Source: Octopus sinensis
Lineage: Eukaryota
DNA: 64,000 nucleotides
Reading direction: 5' to 3'
Assembly: GCF_006345805.1 (NCBI RefSeq)
Contig: NC_043003.1
Coordinates: 63,302,001-63,366,000 of the forward strand
The position numbers were made by a program, and so were the translations under genes. Below, one piece after another: positions 39,620 to 53,570 of the stretch. The notes below the pieces were generated by a model. The model did not search any database and had not been told where the DNA came from. It saw nothing but the letters and a program-made list of their open reading frames with translations. The stretch's first letter is position 1. The number at the start of each line of letters is the position of its first letter.

Positions 39620-40052
39620 GAAAACACAAGATTTCATATTTGGCAGAAAGAATTAAGTCAATTGCATCAACCCCAGCGTGCAATGGGTACTTGTTTAATT
39701 GACCCCGAAAGGATGAAAGGCAAAATCGACTTTGGCAGAATTTGAACTTAGAACATAAAGACAGACGAAATACTGCTATGCATTTTGCCCGGCATGCTAA
39801 CATTTCTGCCAGCTCGCTGCCTTAAAATAAACAAGATATTTTTTTCTACTCTAAGCACAAGGCTCAAAATTTTGGGGGAGTAGGGGCCAGTTGATTAGAT
39901 TGACTCCAGTTTCCAATTGGTACTTAATTTATCGACCCCAAAAGGATGAAAGGCAAAGTCAACCTCAGCAGAATTTGAACTCAGCACGTAAAGACAAAAT
40001 ACTGCTATGCATTTCGCCTGGCATGCTAATGATTCTGCCAGCTCACTGCCTT
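39620..40052 (-). mobile_element. Two adjacent SINE family 2 copies
   Basis: Each ends (on the + strand) TTCTGCCAGCTC.CTGCCTTAA and carries the GAAAGGATGAAAGGCAAA block. Confidence 0.8.
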
Positions 40053-40689
40053 AATTACAAGAATAATAATGATGATAATAATAGTAATGTTCTTATTGTC
40101 ATTATTATTTAGTATAGAACTGTCAAAATGGGTTTACTTGATGTTTATGACAGCTATGAAAATTCTTAAACATATTACCTTTCACAGTGGACTTTTTTTT
40201 TCCCCCATTTAGATTTAATATAATATTGGTCATTCTGAATAAATAAACAAGGAAGGTGATATTTTTGTGGCTTCCATGTTTTTTTTTTGTTTTTTTTTTT
40301 ACTTTTCTTGTCTATGGAGATTTGTAAATAATAGCAACTGCACCAACGAAAAGATAACCTTCTCCAATACCCAAAAATAAAAACACTCAACATGCAAATA
40401 TTTGCTACAGAATAAATGGAAACCGTTTCTTTGTCATAACAAAATATGTATGAAAAACTACTCTCATAATGAAATAAAAGTAATTTTATTAGCGAAAACA
40501 AAAGCAGACACGTATGAGCTTCAACAGTGGATTTCAGTGAATTTTCCTTCCAGTGTCATTAATGATACAGAAAAATTGAATATGGGTGAGTTAACACATA
40601 AAAGCTCAGTATGATAGAGAAGGACTCATTTTGGGTGCTGTTGTATCTGACTGCGTTATTAGGGAGTGAGGGGAAATATCATGCACATA

Positions 40690-41095
40690 GGTGTGGGTGT
40701 GGCTGTGTGGTTAAGAAGCTTACTTTGTAACGAAGTGGTTTCAGGTTCAGTCCTACTGTGTGGCACTTTGGGCAACTGGCCAACCTAGTGGATTTAGTAA
40801 ATGGGAACAGTGAGGAAGCCTGTTATTTATACATGAGTATGTGGTATGTGTGTCATTCCCTTTGAAATTATGTTTGTGTGTCTGTGTTTGTCCCCCGCCA
40901 ACATCGCTTGACAACCGATGCTGGTGTGTTTACATCCCCGTTCCCATAACTTAGCGGTTTAGCATAAGAGTCCGATAGAATAATTACTAGGCTTACAAAG
41001 AATAAGTCCTGGAGTTGATTTGTTCGACTAAAAGGCAGTGCTCCAGCATGGACACAGTCAAATGACTGAAACAAGTAAAAGAGTAAAAGAGTATA
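40690..41095 (+). mobile_element. SINE family 1, near full length
   Basis: Head GGTGTGGCTGTGTGGTTAAG..GGTTCAGTCC and tail GAAACAAGTAAAAGAGTAAAAGAG. Confidence 0.8.
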
Positions 41096-44000
41096 CCAAC
41101 CATCAAAACAATTTTTAAAATGGCTAAAAAATTACATGTTGCCTCGTTTATCACTGATTCATCTATCACTCATCTGAGACAACATGGTATGTTCAATTGT
41201 GAGCTATGTTATGCTTATCATGCATTGCTCTGTGATAACATGGTTTGCTGATCAAAGAAAGGCTCTGTTTGTGCCATAAAAAAACATACCTCTGTGACTA
41301 TCCACAGTACTCAGCCACTCAGAATGCACTGACTATCGTTCATGTTTACATGACTATGCTGCAAGTTTGCATATATTTCATACGAATTTACATACTTGTA
41401 CCTATCAATGTGTGACTATTAAACAGAAAAAAATATGAAGGTGGCCAATCTTAACAAACAAGTCGGATGAGTGTATTCTCTACAAGAAAAAGTTGAGATA
41501 AGAAAATATGTGATAGTAGAAGCTTTGTTACTGAGAGCCATGAGTTAGATATCAATAAATCTACTATTTGCTACATTTACAAATTGCATGAAAATTATTA
41601 ATTTATCTCTGTAGTTTTTTGGAACTAAAACCACCTTGATAAACAAGGATAGGTATATTACCTAGATACTAAAAATAAAGGCAGATAGAATAAATCTGGA
41701 TTGCAAAATGATTTTTAAACAAAGCTTTCTTCAATAAATTATTGATTTCTTACAATTTCTGACAGTTTCTACAATAAAATATTAAAATTATTTCCTGCAG
41801 CAGAATAATTGCTCATTTTAGGGAGACCATTAATTAGAATGATTCTATATAATTCATTAAGGTTTGTTACTTGTAGCAATTTGACTCAGGTTTGCAAACT
41901 AATTATAAACCATTGACAAGCTACTTCAAATATATAACTGTAATAAAATTCTCTTTTGTTCATCAATTCCTCTTGTGTTTCCTCAAGCTAGAGTTTTTTT
42001 TCATTATGGAAGATGGTAATAAAAACAAGAATGTTGAGAAAGTAGTGTAAGCCAAGCTGATTTTGTGCTGTCAGATAAAAGAATATATAAACAGAAAGAG
42101 CAGTTTTTAAAGCAGCATCAACAAAATCCATAGAACTATACACAATCACTTAGAGTTCCTAAACAAAATTCACCTTTAAGACACATTAAGAGAGCATAAT
42201 TCTGTAATCTCTGGATTTAGAAGTACCATAAGCATTATGGAAGGGGAAGTAAAAAATGCTTGAACACTGTGATATTGAAAAGGTTAAAGTTTGTTAGCTT
42301 TTTCACCAAAAATTGGTGGAGTATACATGTAAATGAACATTTATTTCTAATACAACATTACAAAACTCTTCCAGAAATATCAGTGACAATACTTTCTCTC
42401 CCACTACTTGTTATACACCATCTCTTTTTTTTTTTAATAATGATAATAATTTGATGATTTTTATAGAACTTTTTAGTTATCTGAATCTGTTTACCAGAAA
42501 ACAAGACAATTCTAGGTGTTCTCTGCAAAAGCTACATAATGATGTTTGTGTGCATTCAGTTGTTTGAGAGCTAAATACTCCTCTGCAACAGCTCATGTTT
42601 TGTTTTGTTTTCTTTTTCTTTTCTTTTTTTTTATTCTCTCTCTCTCGCTCTCTCTCTGATATGGAGTAGCTGACTGGATATCATTCTCATTGTAACTAGA
42701 CGTAAGAGAGATGGTCATTATTTGTGTGGAGTGAAGTAGTTGTTGCATGAAGAGAAGGCAAACAATGAGACAAGCTAAATATCATCAACACTTAGGTTTA
42801 TAGCTATTTATCAATCTGCTTAACTCTCTGTATGGTGGTGGCTCACATCTGCTGTCTACCTGCACATTGACGTAGATCGTAATAAACATACCTACATACA
42901 TACATACATACATATATATATAAAAACCCAGCAATATCTTTACATAACATATATATGCGTGTATATTTGTCTGTTTTGTGTGTATCTATGTATATATGGA
43001 TATACATAAATACATATACATACATACATACATACATACATACATACATACATGCATACATACATATATATGTGTATGTTTGTGAGTATGTTTATGTGTG
43101 TGTATGTGTGAGTTAGTCTGTATTCTGATACCTATATTCACATACATATGGGTATTTATATATGAATGCACACACACACACGGATATTCTCACTTAAACA
43201 TAGACACACTAACGTGTATATACATATGTACATAACAGATACACATATCTGTATATGCAAATATTTCCTTATTCATATGTGTAACATATTGATATCTGCA
43301 GGCATAAATATACTCGTATGTAAATATGTACATTATATAGCTGTCTATATTCATGCATACACAAATGTGTGTGTGTGTGTGTGTGTGTGCATGTGCGTAT
43401 GCATCTACTCATGTGCATATCGTAAAAGACGCTGAACCAATGCAGTATCCTTGTTTATTTTGAAATGATAACCGTGAAAGAGAATTTTCAGTATTTGTAG
43501 AATGTAATGTATGCCAGATTTTCTTTAATCTTAGCCTATCAAAAGTAATCTCTGCTATTGTCTAACACCCTGTGGAAAAAAGCATTGGCTGTTTACAAAA
43601 ACAGCAAAACATCTGTGAAAGTTCAGTGAGTAAAAAGGTATAAAGGATGGTTGATATTAAGAAAGCATTTTTGATGATTTAAATCTCTTCATTTTTTCTT
43701 TTATAACTTCAATATTTCATCCAATTTCCAGTGTTCTTCCGGCATGTTGCCTTTTGATTGTTGACCCTGTCACATTTCCTTCTAACTTGGAAACAAAGCA
43801 GAAAATTTATCAGAGATGAATGAGAATCTACGATGTTCATTCCTTTCTTTAGATATGTGAAGTGAATTAACTTTATTCTGATATAAAGGAAAAAACTTTC
43901 TACTTTATGAAATGTTTCACCAGAAGTTCACCTCTCTTGGTTTTTACACGGAAGCTATATATTTCACAACATAGTGTTGATCTCTAGTCTGTTTCCTACT

Positions 44001-45679
44001 TTTACAATATTCCATTGGAGCCTTTCTTCTGTTCCATAGTGCTTACTAATTAGCATTTATCTATCAGGATCTGACAAGCTGCAGGACTGTATTGAGATCC
44101 AGTGTCAGCTTTGCTATGGTTTGCTGTGTCCAGATGCTATTCTTAATACCAACCACTTTATAGTGTGTACTGGATGCTCTTTCATGACACCAACATTTGT
44201 GAAGTCACAAAGTAACTTGCAAAATAAAGAAAAGAAAATCCTATCTCGAATGGGAATGTACTTGAAAGAAGAGGGCAGTGGCTTTATGCCAGGTGTTGAA
44301 AGGTTATATATATGTATGTCCTTTTCTGTTCTTAATCATTTAAGTTCTTCCTGTTGGGAAGGAACATGTTTCTAACAAAAATACAAAGCTCCATCATCAG
44401 AATGTAGACAACAAGAACAATGTAACATTTTAAACTTGAGAAAAGTCTTGCAGATTTTTACTGTTCCACTTACAGATTGTATTTGTAATGTGTGAGTTAG
44501 TTGGTTGATTTCTTTTTGTGAAAATCCTAGCTTATCCAGATTGTCACACATAAAACCATGTGGACTAATTATTATTGATATAAATGTGAATTTATACTCT
44601 ACACATAGAAGCCGGAGGTTTTCAAGCAGTTACTCATAGTTATCCGCATACTCCATAAGTTTCAAAGAGGTATTCATATCAGCAGGACAGCTGCCCTCTA
44701 TGATAGTACCTATTTTTCTTGTTTGTCCCAAACAGCAATATCCTTTCTACCCTAGGCAAAAGGCCCAAAATTTGGGGGATGGGGCCAGTCGATTAGATCG
44801 ACCCCAGTATGCAACTGGTACTTAATTTATCAACCTGGGAAGGAGGAAAGGCAAAGTTGCCCTCGACGGAATTTGAACTCAGAACGTAAAGAGAGACGAA
44901 ATACCACTAAGCATTTCACCCAGTGTGCAAACGTTTCTGCCAACAATATCCAACCTGCTATGTTTACACTTGACAAATGCTTGGATGGGAATGTTCCACC
45001 AATATTCCTTGTGCTGATGTTTGTGCATGTATTCAATAAAAGGGGGATTCTCTATATTTATTCTAGGACAGTCATTTTTCGAAGCCATTATATCTGGTTT
45101 TGTGACAATGTCGTCACATACGATGGTAGTACCTTGATGGCATTTTTGGGCAGCTGCTAATCACATGTGAAAATTTCCACAGAATTATGGCATAATCTAC
45201 ATTTTTGGGTGCATCTTGGAGCTCCAAGGGCTTTATTGTCTCTTCTTTTATTAGGCATTTAATTTCCTGCTTTTTGGATTGCTAATGCAGAACCTTCAAA
45301 GTGTCATGTGATGTAGTGGCCACGAGTCCAAGAGAGGCTGCACTTCATGTCAATATTACTGTCTTCTTTGAGTCTTCAGGAAACATTCTCATGCACAGTC
45401 TTTTTTTTTTAGTAAGCTTAGCATTTCACATCCAGGTTTTCTTTGAGGTATGTTAGTCCGGTTATTTTGAGGTTATATTGGAGGTCATCAGGAAGAGGGT
45501 GTTTCCTGGGGGGGTCTCACTACTGATGCACAAGATATTGTTTTTGTCACTTTTCAGTATTAAGTTAATATATTTATTTTTGCTGCTGTTCAATCGCAAG
45601 AGCTATCTGAGAGAGAGAGAGACTGACTGACATCAAAGAGAGACTGACATCAAAGGCTGACTGACATTCAAAGGCTGAC

Positions 45680-47290
45680 TGACCTCAAGCCTCTGTCTAC
45701 TTCACTTCTTCTTAGGTAGAGCTTGTTGGTTTTGTTTATTCTGTAGAGATTTGCAGTTGATGCCAGTATTTTGCAGGTTTTAACTTCTAAAGAGTGAAAT
45801 TCCTCTACAGAATAGTCAGGTATCCAAAATGTTGGAATCAAAACTGGTACTACAAGTGCATTGTGAAATACTGTCTTGTTGTATGACGAAAGTTCCAACT
45901 GCCATATTTTTCTAAGTCTGGCATAATATTCTCAGATCACTTTATCTTTATTCACAGTACCTTTGTATGATATGTTTTCATCAATACCTAGGTACATGTA
46001 GTATCCTTTGTGTGGGACAGGAGAAATAGTAAGACCATTAATGCACAGATTTGGGGTCTGGAGGACTGATTTTCCATGTTCAACAATCATAAACATTTCC
46101 TTTGGCCAAATTCCATTACTATGTCAGCTGAAAATGTCATTAACTCCAGCTGGTTTTTGGCATTGTTAACATTTTTGTATAAATCTTGAGATCATCCACA
46201 AAGAGATTATGGGTTGCATTAATATCTCTAGCAGTCGCAGAACCTAGCATGTCGCCATTTGATTTTTGTAACAGGAATGATAATGGATTTAATACCATGG
46301 TAAACAGAATTACAGAAAGATCATCTCCTTGGAATATTCCCTTTGAAATATCCATAACATTGGAGATGATCACTCTGCTCTCAGTTCTAAGAGTTAGAAT
46401 TGTTGCCCAGATCTTTGTGATCTTCTCAATGGCAGCAATTGAGGTAGCAGGCACTTTTGCCAAAGATAGACATTTCAGCAGCCACGAGTGTGGAACAGAG
46501 CGAAATACCTTCCTATGATTAAGCAAGGCTCCTTCTGTGTTTTTTCACTCCAGTACAGCTTTTTATAGCAAAAGTTGTTCAGCACATCTACCCTCTCGTC
46601 CTTTCCACTGGCCTGCTCATCAGTCACTGTGTTATTGGACAATGATCCTGGACAATGGTAGTTTTCTGTAAAATGTCAGCCTCTTATACCAATATCGAAC
46701 TATTACAAGTACCTTCCCATGATGCAGGTACCTTCCCATGATGCCTACAGTCATGATGAAATTTCCAGGTCAATTGTATTTGTATTATTATTGGTACATT
46801 ATTCTCACCTTACTGTATTTAGCCATGTTGCATTAAGGTTGAAATTCCTGTTTTCATTCCAGATGTTCAACCAAAATTATTCAAGATCTTGAAAAGGGAC
46901 CTTTCTTAATGATAATATTGTCCTTCCTTGTCTCTCTGTATAATGTCTTATGTAGGTTAGAAGCAAACTTGTGATTTATACAGGCTCATTAAAAAATTCA
47001 CCCGTGATAACAAAGATTTTTGCTCAGGCACCCTGAGTTCATGTTTTAGAGTAATTAACATTTCCTCAAGAGCTTGGTGTGAAGAATCACCACAGAGTTT
47101 TGTTAATTTATTCATAAGATGTAATTGATGAGGTGTAAACTCATTATTCCTCTTACATTTTATTATCTTGGTTAACCATCCAGTATGGCGGCAGATTGTT
47201 GATGTTTTCTTCGTTTTGTTTTCCATCTTGGTTGCTTCCATTTAATAGTTTCATTAACGTGTATACCGCAGATTTCCCTATGGTATTCTT
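45680..47290 (-). pseudogene. Heavily decayed R4/Dong-like RT fragment
   Basis: FRSVPHSWLLKCL..GIFQGDDLSVILF..HNLFVDDLKIY and downstream NALVVPVL..LYLRRSE..RGL. Confidence 0.8.
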
Positions 47291-47771
47291 TAAGAGTTGT
47301 AGCAGCTGTGTATATAAGGGGATTAATATTCCGGCAATTAACATCATGTGTGTGTGTGTGTGCACGCGCACGCGCATGCATGCACATATGAGTGTGTGTG
47401 TGTGTGTTTGTTTACATCCGTACTTCTCTGTAAATAACTGAGCTACAAACAGTAATGTCAGTGGGTCATCTACCAACTTTCGAGACATGTGAAATAAGAT
47501 ATCCCTTACTTAAAAAACAGGTAGGAGTTAGTGGCATGAAGGGTGTATGACTGTAAAACACTGCCTCAATAATATATTCTTTTATTAGGCACAGTCATAG
47601 GCACAGGTGTGACTGTTAGGTAAGAAGTTTGCTTCTCAATCCCTTAGTTTGGGGTTCAGTCCCACTGTGTAGCATCTAATCTTCTACTATAGTGTTAGGC
47701 CAACCTAAGTCTGGTGAGTGGATCTGGTTGATGGAAACTGAAAGAAGCCTGTCATATATGTGTGTATATAC

Positions 47772-47806
<35 letters not shown>

Positions 47807-47825
47807 TAGATAGATAAGATAGATA

Positions 47826-48075
47826 TCGTCATCATCATCATCGTTTAATGTCCGCTTTCCATGCTGGCATGGGTTGGGCGGTTTGACTGAGGACTGGCAA
47901 GCCAGGAGGTTGCACCAGGCTCCAATCTGATCTGGCAAGGCTTCTACAGCTGGATGCCCTTCCTAATGCCAACCATTTTGAGAGCGTAGTGGGTGCTGTT
48001 TACGTGCCACCAGCACAGGAGCCAGTCAGGCGGCACTGGCATCGACCACACTCAAATGGTGCTTTTCACGTGCCA
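47826..48075 (-). mobile_element. RTE 3' tail inserted in a SINE-1 microsatellite
   Basis: (CAT)n-GTTTAATGTCCGCTTTCCATGCTGGC.. lies between the SINE head (~47600) and the SINE 3' half (~48090-48290). Confidence 0.75.
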
Positions 48076-48769
48076 CAATGTGTGTTGTGATTGTCGCACA
48101 CCACTGCTTGAAAACAGGTGTTGGTGTGTTTACATTCCTGTAACCTAGCAGCTTGGCAAAAAATGACTGATAGAATAAATACAAAGCTTTAAGAAAAATA
48201 GTAAGTGTTAAGGTTGATTTGTTCAAGTAAAATTCTTCAAGGAGGTGCCCCAGCATGGTCGCAGTCTAATTACTGAAAGAAGCAAAAAATGGGACATAGA
48301 ATATTTTATTTGATAGTCATTGGACAGCTGAAACGTTGCCAGAAGTTTTTAGTTGAGACAATCAACCGACCATTAATTTTTGTTGTATCTGATACTTGTT
48401 CTATTGCCATCGGCTGAACTTCTCAACTACAGCCACATAAATCATCTGACGCTGATTGTCAAGTGATGAGAAACAAACACAAAAAACATGGACACACACA
48501 CACACACACACATGCATACACACATACACAGCAGCATCATTTAACGTCATTTAACCCATTCTTGCATGGGTCAGATGGAGTTTATTTTACACATATTTTT
48601 CAATGACCAGAAGTCCTTCCTGTTGCCAATCTTCATCTGTTTCCAAGAAAGGACATGCTCTCACAGAATATTGGAAATGAATGACACTGCTTGTCGGGAA
48701 GTATAGCATAGAGCCAAAGCAAGGAGACACAAACATACACATACATATTTATTGATACATGTATGTATG

Positions 48770-48813
<44 letters not shown>

Positions 48814-48896
48814 GGTCCCGGGTTGATCCGGGGTTAACCACAGTAAGTAAGGTACTCAATACATAGCAGAGTAAAATTAATTTATTATATAGAAGG

Positions 48897-48947
48897 AGCT
48901 TCTACAGGACTAGTACTGTTTCATTCAAGAGAAATCTTCAGGAAGCT
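48897..48947 (-). ncRNA. Type I hammerhead ribozyme motif
   Basis: Identical (reverse complement) to 51918-51968. Confidence 0.82.
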
Positions 48948-49265
48948 ATTAAACAAGAATTGTATTAGCATTTATACATTTAGGCAGGTTTAAAGGAGTG
49001 GTGGTGGGGGACTTTTTGGGGGTAGGCATAGCGCAAAATATCATACTTGGGGGAGTGGTCAAGGAGTCAGTGGTAAGTTAGATGAGAATAGATAAATAAA
49101 AAAATAAAAAATAAAAAAAAAAATAAAAAATAAATAATAAATAATAAAAATAAAAAATAAAAAAATAAAAAAATAAAATGTGTGCACATACATACATAAA
49201 CACATATACATACACACACACATACGTACACATGTGTGCCTATACATACCTACACATACACACAT

Positions 49266-49314
<49 letters not shown>

Positions 49315-49675
49315 ATATATAATATATAACAATATATATATATACACAATCCAATACAGGCCCATTCCCTAATTTTAATTTTATTATCTTCATTTATTAC
49401 TTTTGTTATCTTTGATCGCTAGAGCTAAGGATCCTGGCGATGGCAGCATGTCCAAATTGTCTGTCTACTAGAAAGCAAGTCCTCGTTCCCGCACGCACAC
49501 TCATTAGCACGTACATACACCCATTCGTACCTCATACACATACACGTACGCACGCGTTATTCATACATACAAACATCTACATACGTTCACGTATATACAC
49601 ATACGTACTCGTACCTACAGATTCATGTCTACACTTTAGGAGGCTAGTCTATATATATACACCAATAAATATACA

Positions 49676-49707
<32 letters not shown>

Positions 49708-50668
49708 CACATATACACATACACACACACACACACATATATATACTCCTACATACAGATACATACCTATATATATAATATATATATATACCCACACATA
49801 CATGTACATATATATATATATATACATACATATATATATATATATATCATATATATATATATATATATACATAACATACACACACACCCATATATATACA
49901 CACACATACATACACATATATTATACATACACAAACATATATACACACATATATACATATATCATAGATACACACATACATACACACAACCTACATACAT
50001 TACACACAAACACATACATACGTAAACATACATACATACATCCATACATCCATACTTACATGCACTTATACGCATACCACACCCCCATCTATATTATATA
50101 TATATATATATTATATATATTATATATATATATATACACACTCACACATACATACAAATATACGCCCACACATACATACATACATACACGTATACGCATA
50201 CACGCACATACACATTATACATGCGTCCCATACCGTGCCCACACCACTGCATCCATATGTATACACACACACACACATATATACACGTGTGCAGGCATAC
50301 ATACATACTCATACACGCACACATACTTACATATACATATATGCACACACTTACACACATATATACATACACATATACATGCATACATACATTATGCATA
50401 CATACACATACACGCACATACACATATACACATGCGTACCATACACGTGCACGCACGCACGCGCATCCATAATATACACACGCACACATATATATACAAC
50501 GTGTGCAAGCATACATACATACTCATCACGCGCACATACTTACATATACATATATGCACACACTTCCACACATATATACATACACATATACCATGCATAC
50601 ATACATATATGCATACAATACACACACGCGCACTCATATATACATATATATATACACCATACACAACT

Positions 50669-50717
<49 letters not shown>

Positions 50718-50832
50718 TTATATAACACACATACACATACACACATATACATACATATACACATCATATATATACACATATACACATACACATACATGCA
50801 CACATACACACACATACACATACACCTCAATA

Positions 50833-50863
<31 letters not shown>

Positions 50864-51208
50864 TACACACACATACACATATACACATACTATATACCAC
50901 ATACATACATATACATACACACACACATACATATATACACGGATACACATACCCATACTATATATATAGATATATATACATATATACACACACACACATA
51001 TACACATGCATATACTTATATCTCTACATACTCACATATAAAATATATATATATACACACACACATATATATACATGTACACACACATACACATATACAT
51101 ACATATACACATACACACATACATACATATATACACTACATATACATATACATATATATACATATATATATATATATAATATATATACATATACCCCCAC
51201 ATATATAC

Positions 51209-51240
<32 letters not shown>

Positions 51241-51560
51241 CCACACCATACATATACACATATACATGTTACATACGCAATAATGATACACATATATACA
51301 CATACACACACACAGACAGAATGCATATACATACATATATATATAAAAAGTACATATCTATATAAATACATACATAATACACATATACACACACATATTA
51401 TACATACATATACATACCATATATATATAATATATATATATATACATATATACATACATATACATATATATACATATACACATACACATGCACATACATA
51501 TACAAATATACATACACATTAGGGAATGGGCCTGTATGGATTGTGTGATATATATATATG

Positions 51561-51609
<49 letters not shown>

Positions 51610-51917
51610 ATATTGTATGTGTATGTGTGTATGTGTAGGTATGTATAGGCACACATGTGTACGTATGTGTGTGTGTGTATGTATATGTGTTTATGTATGT
51701 ATGTGCACACATTTTATTTTTTATTTTTTTATTTTTTATTTATTTTTTATTTTTTATTTTTTTTATTTATCTATTCTTTCATCTAACTTACCACTGACTC
51801 CTTGACCACTCCCCCAAGTATGATATTTTGCGCTATGCCTACCCCCAAAAAAGTCCCCCACCACCACTCCTTTAAACCTGCCTAAATGTATAAATGCTAA
51901 TACAATTCTTGTTAAAT

Positions 51918-51968
51918 AGCTTCCTGAAGATTTCTCTTGAATGAAACAGTACTAGTCCTGTAGAAGCT
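51918..51968 (+). ncRNA. Type I hammerhead ribozyme motif
   Basis: Stem I AGCTTC/GAAGCT; core CTGAAGA; stem II TTC-TCTT-GAA closed by a U.U pair; GAAA; stem III ACAG/CTGT with a loop containing the palindrome ACTAGT; cleavage triplet GUA (after 51962). Confidence 0.82.
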
Positions 51969-52189
51969 CCTTCTATAATAATAAAATCTATATATATATA
52001 TATATATGTCCCCATTTTTATTCTCTTCTGCTACTCCAAACTATAGTTGGGATATTTTCTCTCTAAGTTCATTCTGCTACAATAATAGCAGCATGTAATT
52101 TTTTTCCTTCTCTAGTTCTGATGAAATATTTGCTAAAAATTATAATGGAGTATCCTGTATGTTGAGAACCTATATTATGCATCTAAAGA

Positions 52190-52517
52190 TGGCAGTGTAT
52201 TTCGAATTGCTGGAGCACCACCTTTAGTCAAACAAATCGGCCCTAGAACTTATTCTATCAGTCTCTTTTTGCTGAACCACTAAGTTACAGGGGATGTAAA
52301 CATACCAGCATCAGTTGTCAAGCGATGATGTGGAAACAAAATAACAAACACATACAGACACAAATAACAAATACATAAATACATATATATAAACAATTGG
52401 AATTTACAAAAAAAACAAAACAAAAGACGAAGACGGGTGTGTAAACAACAAACAGATGTATTAGTTTAATGCTCAGGAAGTGAGAAAGTCTTTTAACATT
52501 TCAAGCCTACGCTCTTC

Positions 52518-52556
<39 letters not shown>

Positions 52557-52720
52557 CGATGGGTTCTTTCATTTTCCATCTACCAAATCCACTCTCAAGG
52601 CTTTGGTCGGCCTGAAGCTATAGTAGAAGACACTTGCCCAAGGTGCCACGCAGAAGGTCTGAATCCAGAACCATGTGGTTGGGAAGCAAGCTTCTTACCA
52701 CACAGCCATGCCTGTGCCTG
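52190..52720 (-). mobile_element. SINE family 1 split by the hammerhead-remnant insertion
   Basis: 3' half 52190-52390 and 5' half 52555-52720, with foreign sequence in the central TA tract. Confidence 0.7.
52489..52519 (-). ncRNA. Truncated hammerhead-like remnant (separate family)
   Basis: Minus strand reads ATGA-A-GAGC-GTAG-GCTT-GAAATGTT-AAAAGA. The 5' core is cut off by (TA)n, and the deviations fit CpG decay of GCTCGAAACGTT. Confidence 0.45.
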
Positions 52721-53344
52721 TAAAATATAACGTAACATAATACAATGTAAATATAATCATATCATCATCATCATCATTTAGCATCTATTTTATATGTACA
52801 CAGAAGCACACAGTTACACACAATGACACATGCATGCACACACACACACAACACACACATATCAGAGAGGGGGTGGAGAAAGACTTACAGACAAGGTATT
52901 CTTATCTCTGAAGCTTTCGGAATTTAATGTTTGAGCTGTCATTTTCAACAATGAAACATCATAAGAACAGATGGTTGAAAAATGTTGAGAATTAGGGAAA
53001 TACACACAAAAAAAAAAACAACCACACACACACACCACACACATCAGTTAGAGAACATTGAAGAGAATTAGGAAAAAAATTCTTTAGATTATAAAAAAAA
53101 ATCAGCAGAAAAAAGGAGTCTATTTTCAGAGAAGGTTAGTCTCAGAATTCTTTAATGATTTTAATTCATCAATATGTATATAAGTATAAACTAAAAGAAA
53201 ATAAAGTAATATCCTCTTTAGTGCCATCTCTAAGTCAAAACCCAAACCGCTCCTAAATGGCAAACACAGCACTGATGTAATGAACAAATTAACTACTTCC
53301 TTCTCTTATTAGTTCCACCATTTCATGAAATAGAAAATGTAAGA

Positions 53345-53570
53345 CAAAGAGAGAGTGAAGAAGAAAGAGAGAGTGAAGAAGAAAGAGAGAGTGAAGAAGA
53401 AAGAGAAGGACAGAGAGTGAAGAAGAGAGTGTGAATAAGAGAGAGAGGAAAGAGAGTGAAGGAACGAGGGAGAGAGTGAAGGAACGAGGGAGAGAGTGAA
53501 GGAACAAGGGAGAGAGTGAAGAAGAGAGAGAAGGAGAGAGAGAGAAGGACAGAGAGTGAAGGAAAGAGAG
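53345..53570. repeat. Polypurine GA-rich minisatellite (18- and 20-bp units)
   Basis: GAGAGAGTGAAGAAGAAA x3 and GAGAGAGTGAAGGAACGAGG x3. Confidence 0.9.

Larger units (their letters stand above)
48811..51985. mobile_element. Composite with ~480-bp inverted arms each carrying a hammerhead (Penelope-like/retrozyme-like, non-autonomous)
   Basis: 48881-49373 is the near-perfect reverse complement of 51518-51985. The 2.1-kb spacer is mostly degenerate CA/TA, and the flanks are (TA)n. Confidence 0.8.

Noticed and set aside
40179-40234. Minus-strand exon candidate (NDQYYIKSKWGKKKVHCE) with good splice signals
   Set aside because: Contains G5/A9 homopolymer runs, no recognisable homology, and no supporting neighbouring exon.
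44360-44405. Minus-strand CTGATGA...GAAACATGTT hammerhead-like core
   Set aside because: No convincing stem I or stem II pairing; likely chance.
49802-51522. Long ORFs of 244-339 aa rich in Y/I/H/T
   Set aside because: They are translations of degenerate CA/TA microsatellite, which lacks stops by composition. The same applies to ORFs at 2.5-3.2, 5.0-5.7, 15.0-15.5 and 34.5-34.9 kb.
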